From the IMG/VR virus record IMGVR_UViG_3300027863_001395, positions 1 through 37,689 of that record: a stretch of DNA of 37,689 bases, one strand, 5' to 3'. The notes beneath the pieces are model-generated. The model was not told where the DNA came from and ran no database searches. It saw nothing but the letters and a program-made list of their open reading frames with translations. The position numbers and the translations under genes are program-made. Origin of the DNA: a virus. Its lineage: Duplodnaviria; Caudoviricetes. Below, one piece after another: positions 25,664-35,545 of this stretch. Numbering within the stretch: position 1 is the stretch's first letter; every line of letters starts with the position of its first letter.

Positions 25664-28600
25664 ATGAGTCTTACACCATCATTTTCTCTAGCATTAGACC
25701 GAAACTATGAAGTCGTTAACAGGTACAAGAGTACAACTTTTACAGTCTACGCCAACTCTCTTTTAGGTTTTGCTTCAACTGTGAGCCTATCATGTTCTGT
25801 TGTAAGCGGTTCAGGATGGGCTGGAACAATCTCCTTTAACAAAACTTCTCTCACTCCATCAGATTATGCTACTATGACGGTTAATGTTGGAAGCACTACA
25901 CCAGGAAACTTTACGTTAAGGGTTTCAGGAGTAAGCGGTTCAACAACAAAGACAGTAGATTTAACACTTGTAGTTCTTCCAGCAACACAGTATACTCTGG
26001 GAATGACCTTCAGGGACTCAAACGGGAATGCGATAAACAGTTTCATTGTAGACGAGAACTCATCTTATTCTTTTGTCATAAAAGTTTTTCCAGTCGACAT
26101 AGACACTTACCCGAACAACGTGAACCTCTCATATACTCTTGAAAGAAGCGACAGTGGTGTTACAGTTTCATTTAATCCCTCTACCTTATCTGGTGGCTTC
26201 ACAAAAAATTCTCCTGCGACATCGAATGCGACGATAGCGATAACAACATTATCTTATGTGAACAACATCATCTATGTTACTGCAACAGATGCCTCCAACG
26301 GTTCAATTTACACGACAAACGTAATATATATAGAGAAAAGGTATCCTGCCTCTCTTGGCTTGGACAATCCTCCTGGGCCACCTTCTCCGCCAACGGGATT
26401 GACTGCGACAGGAAAACCGGGTTCAATTCTCCTCGCATGGAATGCTAACAGTGAAGCCGATTTTGACCATTATGAGATTTGGAAGGGAACATCTTCTGGA
26501 GGAGAATCCTTCTTCTGCAACAATGCTTCAAACAGTTATGTTGACATAAACGTTTCACAGGGCAACACCTACTATTATAAAGTGAAGGCAGTAGATAGGG
26601 TGGGAAACAAGAGCGACTTCTCTAACGAGGCAAGTGCATCTCCTCTTCCAACTGACATTGATATTGTTCCAGGACCTCCTTCTGTGCCACAAAATGTTAC
26701 AGCAGTTGGAGTAGAACTTGGTGTAATAGTTTCATGGTCTCCTAACTCTGAAGCAGACCTTGACCACTATGAAGTGTGGAGGGGAACTTCTTCTGGTGGT
26801 GAAACATTTTATGCGAACACTGGAAACACTCGTTTCGTAGACTATGCTGTCTCTCTTGGTGTAACATACTATTACAAGATTAGGGCAGTAGATTTTGCGG
26901 GAAACAAAAGCGGCTTTTCTAGTGAAGTTTCAGCCTCTCCTATTCCTCTCAAGACATTGGATTTGAATATTGAAGTCAAGCCATGGGTTTCTAACCTTAA
27001 AATTTGGGAAGACAGTTCCACGAGAGGAAAATTCTATTGGGCGGCACAAGATGGTTCATCTGATGCGACAATCACCTTTGCTGACGGGACAACGAGGATG
27101 ATAACAAAGAATTTGACGGGGACAACATTCGCAAACGGTGTATGGTACTTTTATTGGACAGATGCTGATACTAGCCTACACTATTCTCAAACATACTCTA
27201 ATGCTGTTGGCGTTGGAAAAGGTTTGGTTGCAATCGCAGACGTGAACACAAGCCTTGGGCCAAGCACAATACTCATGTTCGATTCATATAAGCCTACAAT
27301 CGGTTCTGGTGTAATTCAAGCAAACACTATAATAGGTAACATGATTCAAGCGGGAACTATAACAGCAGACAAGTTGAGAGTAAAGGGAATATTTCTTGAT
27401 TCCTTCACATGGTACAATAATAATCCGTCAGCAGGATATATTGCGTGGTCTTCTGGAAACATTATATACAATGGTACAAAATATTCTATTTCCAGTGGTT
27501 ACACTAATAATGTTTATGTTATCTGGAATGTTGGAAGCACAAGTTTTACTACATCCAATGATGCCCCAGCAGGCGGTGAAGGCGTCTTTCTTATTGCAAT
27601 AAACGATAATGGAACATATCATTTGGCAGAGAATATGACACGGATAGAAGGTAATATGATTAGAACAGGAAGTATTAAAGCTGACCAGATTGCGGCAGGT
27701 GCTATAACAAGCGATAAAATTGTAGCAGGTGCGATAACAAGTGATAAGATAACATCAAACCAAATATATGGTAAGGACATTAGAACAGCACAGAATGTTG
27801 GAGAAGTCGGTGGGCCGGCAGGTATAAGGATGACGCCTTCAGAGCTTGCAGGATACAGTGGTGGAACAACAAAAACTTGGTATGTTCAATCAAGTGATGG
27901 TAAACTTTATGCTGGAGGAGGAAGTGTGATACTTGATAATAATGGTATTTCTATAAAGGGAAGTAATCATATCGGTTTTTATAATACTTCTGGAGGGACA
28001 GAAGGATGGCTTAATGCATTAACGGGTCAGTTTGTTCTTTTTGGAGTCAATGATTTAGTTTTAATATCCAATTCTGGAGACATTTATCTTTCTCCCTATA
28101 ATTTAATATATTCCCAAAATTTTGTTCCACGGTCTACTAATACATATTCGCTTGGAAATAGTTCTTATAAATGGAAAGATATTTTCTTAAGTGGAAATGC
28201 ATACGTTGATGGAACAGTATCTTCTCCGAACGCCACATTTAATGGTGGGACTGTAACGATAACTCCAAGTGGAACAACTTATCCTTGGATTTTTACATAC
28301 GATGGTAGTGACCCGTGTCTAAGAAGTAATACTGGAAACTATGGTAAACTTGGCACGTCCACATACTATTTGTATTACATTTACAGTAAATATGGAGATT
28401 TTTCATATCTTTCCCCCAGAGAGGGGGATGGAACGGGGGCAATTGGTTTCTCCACCTTGAAATGGTACACAATTTGGGTTAATAATGTTCAAGCGTCAAA
28501 ACTTTATGGTACGGTTGGTCTTCCACAGCCTCTGAAGAGACCTTTGAAGGGATTAGATGATTTGAAAGCAGTACAGTTTAGGGAAGACGGTTTACCTGTT

Positions 28601-28894
28601 GAGAAGTCTCTGCCGACACACATTTCTAACGAAATTGATGAGGTCAGAGAAAGGATAAGGAGAGAGAAGATTGCAGAAAAGTCAAGAGAAAACAGAGGAC
28701 AGGAGATAAAGTCTCTTGAACTAACAGAAGACGATGAAAAGGAGATAGAGGAGAAGGTGAACGAGATAATAAACTCTGATACAGTAAACATTTGTCATAC
28801 GGTAGGTTGGCTGATACAGTGTATTAAACAGTTGTCGGACAAGGTTGAAGAACTTGAGAACAAGATTAGAGTGCTTGAGGGAAATAAACCTTAA
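25664..28894 (+). CDS. Tail fibre / receptor-binding protein with Ig-like and FN3 domains
   Basis: S/T-rich beta domains, two FN3 repeats, AGAITSDKI repeats, YSLGNSSYKW, C-terminal coiled coil. Confidence 0.85.
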   Translation: MSLTPSFSLALDRNYEVVNRYKSTTFTVYANSLLGFASTVSLSCSVVSGSGWAGTISFNKTSLTPSDYATMTVNVGSTTPGNFTLRVSGVSGSTTKTVDLTLVVLPATQYTLGMTFRDSNGNAINSFIVDENSSYSFVIKVFPVDIDTYPNNVNLSYTLERSDSGVTVSFNPSTLSGGFTKNSPATSNATIAITTLSYVNNIIYVTATDASNGSIYTTNVIYIEKRYPASLGLDNPPGPPSPPTGLTATGKPGSILLAWNANSEADFDHYEIWKGTSSGGESFFCNNASNSYVDINVSQGNTYYYKVKAVDRVGNKSDFSNEASASPLPTDIDIVPGPPSVPQNVTAVGVELGVIVSWSPNSEADLDHYEVWRGTSSGGETFYANTGNTRFVDYAVSLGVTYYYKIRAVDFAGNKSGFSSEVSASPIPLKTLDLNIEVKPWVSNLKIWEDSSTRGKFYWAAQDGSSDATITFADGTTRMITKNLTGTTFANGVWYFYWTDADTSLHYSQTYSNAVGVGKGLVAIADVNTSLGPSTILMFDSYKPTIGSGVIQANTIIGNMIQAGTITADKLRVKGIFLDSFTWYNNNPSAGYIAWSSGNIIYNGTKYSISSGYTNNVYVIWNVGSTSFTTSNDAPAGGEGVFLIAINDNGTYHLAENMTRIEGNMIRTGSIKADQIAAGAITSDKIVAGAITSDKITSNQIYGKDIRTAQNVGEVGGPAGIRMTPSELAGYSGGTTKTWYVQSSDGKLYAGGGSVILDNNGISIKGSNHIGFYNTSGGTEGWLNALTGQFVLFGVNDLVLISNSGDIYLSPYNLIYSQNFVPRSTNTYSLGNSSYKWKDIFLSGNAYVDGTVSSPNATFNGGTVTITPSGTTYPWIFTYDGSDPCLRSNTGNYGKLGTSTYYLYYIYSKYGDFSYLSPREGDGTGAIGFSTLKWYTIWVNNVQASKLYGTVGLPQPLKRPLKGLDDLKAVQFREDGLPVEKSLPTHISNEIDEVRERIRREKIAEKSRENRGQEIKSLELTEDDEKEIEEKVNEIINSDTVNICHTVGWLIQCIKQLSDKVEELENKIRVLEGNKP
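26372..26941 (+). repeat. Tandem FN3 domain duplication, 297-nt period
   Basis: PGPPS..W..NSEAD.DHYE.W.GTSSGGE..TYYYK..AVD..GNKS.FS.E.SASP at 26372-26644 and 26669-26941. Confidence 0.85.
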
Positions 28895-28920
28895 ATACTT
28901 CTTCCACAAAATCTTTTACA

Positions 28921-29292
28921 ATGCTGGTCAAGAAAATATATAGGGAGGAAAGCAAGTGGGTTACAATGGAAATATATGTTCCACAGTTTTTGAACGACGG
29001 TAGCCCTGTACCTGAGTCAGTGTTCGATGACATTGAAGAACATTTGAAGGAAGTGTTCGGAGGATTTTCTATGAGAGAAGAGTATGGTGTATGGAGAGAC
29101 CCTGAGACTGGTATAACGGAGGACATGATTAACAAAGTGTATGAGATTACATATGACATGGTTTCTGACCCTGATGCAACAGCCTTTCTAGAGGAACTGA
29201 TAAAAGATATTGGACACCAGCTTGGTCAACAGGTAATGTATAGAGTAGTGTACGAGAGTGTTGCTGAACCGTTTATTCCGACTTCTCAATAA
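28921..29292 (+). CDS. Acidic PII/DUF3574-like protein
   Basis: YVPQFLNDG..FGGFS....GVWRD pattern; CTTAAATA box. Confidence 0.65.
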   Translation: MLVKKIYREESKWVTMEIYVPQFLNDGSPVPESVFDDIEEHLKEVFGGFSMREEYGVWRDPETGITEDMINKVYEITYDMVSDPDATAFLEELIKDIGHQLGQQVMYRVVYESVAEPFIPTSQ

Positions 29293-29470
29293 CCTCTTCA
29301 AGACCCTTCAGTTCTTTGGTTGGAATAGATAGAAGATTTTTTCCGAACACAATGTTCACATACTCTTGGTCTCCATCAACTTCTATTTCAAAGACTCCTA
29401 CTTCTCTTACCTCTTCGTTTTCATCGTCTATGTAGTATCTTGCTTTCACCTTCTTACTAAATATTGTCAT
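29273..29470 (-). CDS. Small hypothetical protein
   Basis: GAGGTGA RBS and TTTATAAA upstream. Confidence 0.7.
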   Translation of the reverse strand: MTIFSKKVKARYYIDDENEEVREVGVFEIEVDGDQEYVNIVFGKNLLSIPTKELKGLEEVIEKSE

Positions 29471-29582
29471 TTTTATTCACCTCTACCGTAGAGAAGGCAG
29501 TGAACATTTATAAACTTTATTATGTTGGTCTGAAAAGTTGAACAAAAAGTTTATAATATAGTGTTCTCCTAAACATTACGAT

Positions 29583-30410
29583 ATGAGTTCAGTCATTGCA
29601 GTAGGTTACAAGGCCAAAGTAGGCTATGCTACTGAAACAACATATGGAGTGTCTCCTACTTCTACATCATACAGTTGGCTTGGTGCAACACAGAATATTA
29701 CGGTTAGAGGAGAATTGAATCCTGTCGCAGTCTATGAAATTGGAAACATAAGGTTTCCAAGCTACATTGTCCAGGGGCAGAGGGCTATTTCTATTGACGC
29801 AACATTTTATCCTCAAGACTATACAGTATTAAACCAATTCATTTCTAACCCAGATGCAAGTTACTCTATTGCCACACAGTTTCCGGACATTTCTCAAGCG
29901 ATAACAGTCTTCGGTGCAAAAGTTGAAACTATAAGGATAAGGGGTACAACGGGAGAGCCTCTTGAAGTATCATGCACTCTTCAAGCTCAAAACTTCAGTT
30001 ACAGTCTTCCAACTGGTGTAACAATGCCAAGTGACCCAAGTAAGACGCCATACTACTTTGCAACCATTTCAGTGAAAAAGGATACTGTTGTCGTGCCAAA
30101 GGTTCTAGAGTTCAGTATGGAGTTAAGAAATAGGTTGGAGAGAGTGTACAAGTTTGGACAGTTTTGGGTGAGGGCTATACCAACTTTGACGGCAAGCATT
30201 GAAGGAAGTATGAGAGTAACATTTGAAAATCTTGACGAATACAATCAGCTTACAGCATTTTCTGCTTCAACCTTGACACTTGACCTTGGAGACGGACACA
30301 GTGTCAGCGTAAACAACGCAATCTTTTCTTCAATAGAAAAGCCTGTTAGACCAGATGAGTTGATTGCTTTAACAGTCAACTTCCAGGGAACGGGGGTGAC
30401 AGTATCATGA
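29583..30410 (+). CDS. Major tail tube protein
   Basis: VGYATETTYG N-terminus, beta-rich, immediately before chaperone and tape measure. Confidence 0.8.
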   Translation: MSSVIAVGYKAKVGYATETTYGVSPTSTSYSWLGATQNITVRGELNPVAVYEIGNIRFPSYIVQGQRAISIDATFYPQDYTVLNQFISNPDASYSIATQFPDISQAITVFGAKVETIRIRGTTGEPLEVSCTLQAQNFSYSLPTGVTMPSDPSKTPYYFATISVKKDTVVVPKVLEFSMELRNRLERVYKFGQFWVRAIPTLTASIEGSMRVTFENLDEYNQLTAFSASTLTLDLGDGHSVSVNNAIFSSIEKPVRPDELIALTVNFQGTGVTVS

Positions 30411-30709
30411 CAGAAAATTTTAGGGAAATTGAAGTCAATGGCAAAAAGTATAAGATTAGAAAATGGGTTCTAGGAGACAGGAAAGTTTTAATGAAGTATA
30501 TGAACAAGGACTTGTCTCAAATTGACCCAGAAAAGATTGTTGAAATGGAAGCGGAACTGATTATGTTGTCTGTTATCGAACCAAAGTTTGAGAAAATGGA
30601 AGACGTGTTAGCACTCTCTCAAGAGGAAGCAGACGAACTCTTTTTCCAGATAATGACCTTCAACAAGCCTAAAAAGAATTTTTTAGAGGAGTTAAAGAAT
30701 ACATTCTAA
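30407..30709 (+). CDS. Tail assembly chaperone (gpG-like)
   Basis: IEVNGKKYKIR; position between tube and tape measure. Confidence 0.8.
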   Translation: MTENFREIEVNGKKYKIRKWVLGDRKVLMKYMNKDLSQIDPEKIVEMEAELIMLSVIEPKFEKMEDVLALSQEEADELFFQIMTFNKPKKNFLEELKNTF

Positions 30710-30906
30710 CGGGAACAACTTTTGTAGAAGAAGAAAAGACATATATTGAGGAGTATGTTCTAAAATACTTATTGAACAAACACTTTGGTGTTCCACTTGC
30801 AAAGAATGTAGATGAAATGCCATTATACGATATTGAAGTCTTTCTTTTCATAGAGGATACTATACAGAGGGAAATGCAGAGGAAGCTTGAGGTGAAGAAA
30901 CCATGA
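30679..30906 (+). CDS. -1 frameshift extension of tail chaperone (gpGT-like)
   Basis: Slippery T TTT TTA 30679-30685; -1 frame open to TGA 30906, overlapping the tape-measure ATG. Confidence 0.8.
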   Translation, partial: FFRGVKEYILTGTTFVEEEKTYIEEYVLKYLLNKHFGVPLAKNVDEMPLYDIEVFLFIEDTIQREMQRKLEVKKP

Positions 30907-32657
30907 GCTTCGATGAAGACGTTGACAGAGATGTAGGAAGAGAAGAGGATAGAAGTAGAGATGTTGTAAGGTCAGCTGATGAACAGAAGAGAGCATATTC
31001 TGAACTGAATGCTATCGCAAAAGAACATGCTCAAGTGCTTGAACTCGTGAACATGAACTTTCAAAGCCTCTATAATGCAATGAACCTTTTCGCTTCAGCA
31101 TTAATGGCTGTTGTAGTCACGTTCATGAAATCTACTGGTGCTTCAAAGGAACAGATTGAAGCACTTGACAACCTTGCAAGACAATATCTTGTAATGCAAC
31201 AGATTCTAAAGGCTACCAACACTTCAGTTGAAAAGTATATGAAGATAACAGCAGAACTTCAGAAGTCAATCAAGAAACAGATAGAGACAATGCGTGGAGA
31301 AAATAAAGAATTGGATGAATTGAAGAAAGGAGCAAGAGCATTTTCTCAAGTCTATTCAAGTGCCATTAATATCATTCAATCAGTAACAGATGTAATGTAT
31401 GAGTTTGCAAGACAACAGCTTGAAGTATATTCAGCCCAAATTGAGGTTTACCGTGCACAGAGGGAATATAATCAGGCTCTAGCAATGTATAGGATGACGG
31501 TTGCAAGATATGGAAAGGACAGTGAACAGGCGAAGAGAGCGGCTGAGGCACTATCATATGCTCAATTGAAGGTGAAGACTGCAAACCAAGAGGCGACAGT
31601 ATCATGGTGGAGGCTACAACTTGCAGGAGTTGATGTAGTTGGAACATTTAGTACTGCTGTTCTCACATTATATGGTGCAATCCAAATTATTGGTAATATG
31701 ATTGGTGCGAACATAACATTGTCTGGTGCACTTGGTTCTCTTGCACATGGTGCAGGTGTTCTCACAGGAGCATTTCAGGCTCTTGTTGGCTCATTTGGTG
31801 GTGTTATTGCGGCGGCAGGAATGGTTGTTGCCGCATTCGGTGCAGTAGGTTTTATAGCAGAAAAGGTGTTGGGAGGATATGAGGGTATAAAGAAGAGGAA
31901 CAAGGAAATTATTGAGTCCACTTCAGGTGTTGGAAGAAGTGTTGCAGAAGCTGGAGATGCGATTGTCGATTACGCTCAAAATCTTCCTCCTGTTCTGAAA
32001 CAGATTGCTGAAGGATTTGGTATTTTCACAGTGGTTTTAGGGAAAGCGATTAGTGTTGCTGGAGATGTTATAGGACAGGGAATAGGTTGGATACAGCAGA
32101 GAATAGCAGAAGGTGTTACATCATTCTCTCAAACTATTGGCGGAATACATGATGCTATCACGAAAACGGTAGGAGGTGCTATCACAGTCGCAAGCACAAC
32201 CTTCTCCACTTGGTTTGAAAATATAACAAAGGGAGTGGAAGTTGTAATGTCTCTTTTCACGAACTTTGGAAATGTTATTAATGCTCTGGTAGGAGTGTTC
32301 ACAAACTTTGGAAACACTGTAATGGGTGTCCTGAAACCTATCACTGACACGATAGGCGGTTTAGGTAATGCTGTAAAAAACATTCCAGTGTTAGGTGCAC
32401 TGTTTGGAGGTGGAAGACAGGTTGGAGGAGAAATAGAGAGAGGAGGATTATATTATCTTCACCCAGGTGAGATGGTTACGAGGAGGGGGTTTGAAGGCAA
32501 TCGTGTCACAAACGTTTCTCCAAACATTAACGTGAACATGACATTCAACGTTTCAAGTGATGTTGACGTGTCAAGGGTAAGGGATGAGGTTCAGAGGGCT
32601 GTATCAGAGGCTATCCAAAAAGGTTTATATGTCAGAGGTGTCCTCGCAGGACCATAG
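30903..32657 (+). CDS. Tail tape measure protein
   Basis: 584 aa helical, A/G-rich hydrophobic core, FTNFGN repeats, GG.I..GLYYLHPGE C-terminal motif. Confidence 0.85.
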   Translation: MSFDEDVDRDVGREEDRSRDVVRSADEQKRAYSELNAIAKEHAQVLELVNMNFQSLYNAMNLFASALMAVVVTFMKSTGASKEQIEALDNLARQYLVMQQILKATNTSVEKYMKITAELQKSIKKQIETMRGENKELDELKKGARAFSQVYSSAINIIQSVTDVMYEFARQQLEVYSAQIEVYRAQREYNQALAMYRMTVARYGKDSEQAKRAAEALSYAQLKVKTANQEATVSWWRLQLAGVDVVGTFSTAVLTLYGAIQIIGNMIGANITLSGALGSLAHGAGVLTGAFQALVGSFGGVIAAAGMVVAAFGAVGFIAEKVLGGYEGIKKRNKEIIESTSGVGRSVAEAGDAIVDYAQNLPPVLKQIAEGFGIFTVVLGKAISVAGDVIGQGIGWIQQRIAEGVTSFSQTIGGIHDAITKTVGGAITVASTTFSTWFENITKGVEVVMSLFTNFGNVINALVGVFTNFGNTVMGVLKPITDTIGGLGNAVKNIPVLGALFGGGRQVGGEIERGGLYYLHPGEMVTRRGFEGNRVTNVSPNINVNMTFNVSSDVDVSRVRDEVQRAVSEAIQKGLYVRGVLAGP

Positions 32658-32666
32658 GTGAAGTGA

Positions 32667-34385
32667 ATGCCTGTCCAATACAAGGTTTACTACGTTTATC
32701 CAGACGAAAGCCATCTTATAACCAATTTAATGTCATTGAATTTGAAGAGGGCACTACATCCGAGAGAAGACAGTTTCGACCTTTCGGTTGCAGGAATAGT
32801 ACCATATGAGGTTGGTAGAGAAATTTTTGTTTACAGAATAAATCCTGAAATAAATGAGACGGTCATGCTTTTCAGAGGAATAATAACCAAGAAGGCATTT
32901 GAAATTTCAAGCGGTGGAAAGGTTACCAAGCTTTCGGGAAGAGGATTATGGTATGCTCTTGAAACAAAACTGTTGAGGATACCTAATCAGACTCCAGAAT
33001 TTTATCCAGAAAACCCTTACATTTTCTCTCTCAATCCAACATTAAATTACACGTTTGGAATGATTTTCACGGGTATAATGGAAAACTATAAGGCGTCAGA
33101 ATGTTCAGCATACATTCCAGTCATAGAAAGGGGTACAACAGACTTTGAAAATGTTGAAGTAAACGATTACATTCTCGTTCAATATTCTACTCCAGCAGAA
33201 ACGTTGGAAAGGCTTGTTTCGACAGCATTAACTGAAATGGTTGGAGAGTTCAAGCTTGATTTTACACAAAGTACACCGACATTGAGTATTGTAAAATTTG
33301 ACCCGGCAAACAACCAGTATGGTATAGGCCAAGACAAGAGTAGCACCTTTGTTATAATAGAGGGACAGAATGCTGTTGAAATGGACTTCTCCTTCGACTA
33401 CGAGGAAATGGGAAACAGTATTGTTGTAAGCGGTGGAAAGTTCATGGGTGCAGACATTATTGAAGCAGAACTCGTGAGAGATGATGCGAGTATTAAACAG
33501 TATGGTTTGAAACAGATTACTAAACCTCTTGGCTCATGTGTTTCAGAAAACGAAATCCACACCTACATTTACAATCTACTTCCACTTCTTTCTCAACCTA
33601 TTCCATCTTTGAATGTGAAGTTCATAAAAGACTTTTTCCTCAAGACACAGCTTGTTAATCCAGGAGATATTGTGAAAGTCTATGGAGACAGTTTAACAAA
33701 CATTTTTGGAAGCGACACTATTACGGCAAGAGTGAGAGTTGTAGAAATAGCATATTCTATTGACAAAGGTGAAGAGATAGAGTTGAGGCTATCGTATCCT
33801 GTCCAGAAGGCACCACAGTTTATTACAGGATTCGCCCAACCTTCATTGAACACTCTCATGGGCTCGTTCAAGAGGGAGGTTAGAGATGCACTTTATACTA
33901 CTGCCGGAGGAACATACGAGTATCTTCCTATCTCATTCTCTTTTGAACTCAAGGACACTACATTAAAGGACGTGTATGTTGCACCAATAGATATTACAAG
34001 TGCCTTTATCAAGGAAACAACCTCTTCCTCAGTAGACTTTCTCATTAAAAGCGTGAAACTTATTGTGAACGGGACAACCAATGTTGAGCCAAAAGTGTCA
34101 GTGTACCTTATTGCACCAGATGCTTCAAAAGTATTCTCCCGTGATGTTGAGCTTGGTTCAAAATATGATTTGACACTCGCATTCTCTCCCGTTGTAGACA
34201 GTAGCTTAAGCACTTTAACAGAATACAGTGGAAGATATATTATGGTTTTCAAGAACACAAGCAACAACACTTATGGAAAATATACTGTGTCAGTTCAAAT
34301 TGGGTTCGTTAGAACCACGACAAAAAACTTTCAGGCAAGAGGTGGATTAGGTGCAGTGTTAAGAGGAGGTCTATTGCAGACGTGA
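32667..34385 (+). CDS. Tail tip / baseplate hub protein
   Basis: LFRGII, NSIVVSGG..DASIKQYG, PGDIVKV; follows tape measure. Confidence 0.75.
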   Translation: MPVQYKVYYVYPDESHLITNLMSLNLKRALHPREDSFDLSVAGIVPYEVGREIFVYRINPEINETVMLFRGIITKKAFEISSGGKVTKLSGRGLWYALETKLLRIPNQTPEFYPENPYIFSLNPTLNYTFGMIFTGIMENYKASECSAYIPVIERGTTDFENVEVNDYILVQYSTPAETLERLVSTALTEMVGEFKLDFTQSTPTLSIVKFDPANNQYGIGQDKSSTFVIIEGQNAVEMDFSFDYEEMGNSIVVSGGKFMGADIIEAELVRDDASIKQYGLKQITKPLGSCVSENEIHTYIYNLLPLLSQPIPSLNVKFIKDFFLKTQLVNPGDIVKVYGDSLTNIFGSDTITARVRVVEIAYSIDKGEEIELRLSYPVQKAPQFITGFAQPSLNTLMGSFKREVRDALYTTAGGTYEYLPISFSFELKDTTLKDVYVAPIDITSAFIKETTSSSVDFLIKSVKLIVNGTTNVEPKVSVYLIAPDASKVFSRDVELGSKYDLTLAFSPVVDSSLSTLTEYSGRYIMVFKNTSNNTYGKYTVSVQIGFVRTTTKNFQARGGLGAVLRGGLLQT

Positions 34386-34397
34386 TAGGGTGAGATT

Positions 34398-35105
34398 ATG
34401 CCATACTATTACACTTACCAATGCTATTATAAGGAGGAGGCGTTTAGGCCAGCCAACTGGAGTCTTGTAAGCGGAAGCGGGACAGCAAACGGAGACGAGC
34501 TTATCATTTCAAACGGTTCTTTTGAAAGAATTTTTCCTGTCACAATAAACCAGACACAGTTTGACACACTTTATATCAAATCTCATGGAGTGAACGTTGG
34601 AGACAGTATCACATACCAGATTCTGGATTCAAGCAACACTATTCTTTTTCAGACCGTAGTTTATCCGTTGCCACAGTATAGTGTATATTCTACATCCATT
34701 TCCTTTTCTGGGACAGCATACAAGCATAGGTTTACTTCGGCACAGAATGTTGCAATAGATTTTGTGGCATTCGTTAAAAGCTCTAATGTCCTATCTTATG
34801 AGGGAACAGTTTTGGAGACAAGGATAGAGAAGAAGACTGTCGTGTTAAGAGTTCCTTTTGCATCAGATGCTGTTCAAGCACTCGGTGTCCACACCCCATC
34901 ATATACTCTCTCATATGCTCGTGTTCCCAAGTCAGTTTACGACTGGTTTGAAACATGTATGACGAATGCTATCGGAATACTGTGTATTACACCTGTCTCC
35001 TCTTTCACGGGATACGTTTATTCTGTTGAAGGAAGAAGGGAGCCTGGAACAGACTTGTACAATGTGGACGTGGAAATATGGAAAGGTGATGTTGAAGTCT
35101 TCTAA
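34398..35105 (+). CDS. Minor tail protein
   Basis: GGTGA RBS, beta-rich, in tail operon. Confidence 0.65.
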   Translation: MPYYYTYQCYYKEEAFRPANWSLVSGSGTANGDELIISNGSFERIFPVTINQTQFDTLYIKSHGVNVGDSITYQILDSSNTILFQTVVYPLPQYSVYSTSISFSGTAYKHRFTSAQNVAIDFVAFVKSSNVLSYEGTVLETRIEKKTVVLRVPFASDAVQALGVHTPSYTLSYARVPKSVYDWFETCMTNAIGILCITPVSSFTGYVYSVEGRREPGTDLYNVDVEIWKGDVEVF

Positions 35106-35150
35106 TCTGGTTGGAAAAGGTTAAATAATCTTATAGAATATGAAAATTGT

Positions 35151-35480
35151 ATGCCATATATTCCAGGTGGTTATTCTTTTAGAATGACACGTTTTACTGT
35201 CTCAAGGAGAGCAAAAATTATTTCTCATACTCTTGTTTCAAGTAACCTTGATGCGTTACAGTATCTTGGAACAGAGAACAGGAGGTTTGAAATTGAGGCG
35301 ATAGCAATAGGTTCTTCTGAGGCAGAATATTATTTGAACATCTTATATCAACCTTCTTTCAACTTCTATGACCCGGAGGGTGTGTTACATAATGTTCAAG
35401 TAGAAAATGTGAGGGTTGAACACACTGGTGGTATTCCAGACATTTATACCTTCACCTTTACATTGGTTGAAACGAGTTAA
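35151..35480 (+). CDS. Minor/distal tail protein
   Basis: LQYLG..RRFEI..YTFTFTLVE pattern; own GTTAAATA box. Confidence 0.65.
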   Translation: MPYIPGGYSFRMTRFTVSRRAKIISHTLVSSNLDALQYLGTENRRFEIEAIAIGSSEAEYYLNILYQPSFNFYDPEGVLHNVQVENVRVEHTGGIPDIYTFTFTLVETS

Positions 35481-35488
35481 AGAACAGT

Positions 35489-35545
35489 GTTTCCATTTCG
35501 AAGACAATGCTTTTCATCTCGAGAAAAATAGTTTCCATTTTAGAC
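35489..35545. repeat. Imperfect 21-nt tandem repeat (x3)
   Basis: GTTTCCATTTCGAAGACAATG / CTTTTCATCTCGAGAAAAATA / GTTTCCATTTTAGAC. Confidence 0.5.

Noticed and set aside
25664-28894. Diversity-generating retroelement target in the tail fibre
   Set aside because: No reverse transcriptase or adenine-specific TR/VR pair; the FN3 repeats differ at all base types
29583-35480. Contractile tail or tailocin
   Set aside because: No sheath or baseplate J/wedge genes recognised; the G/GT frameshift and tube fit a non-contractile tail
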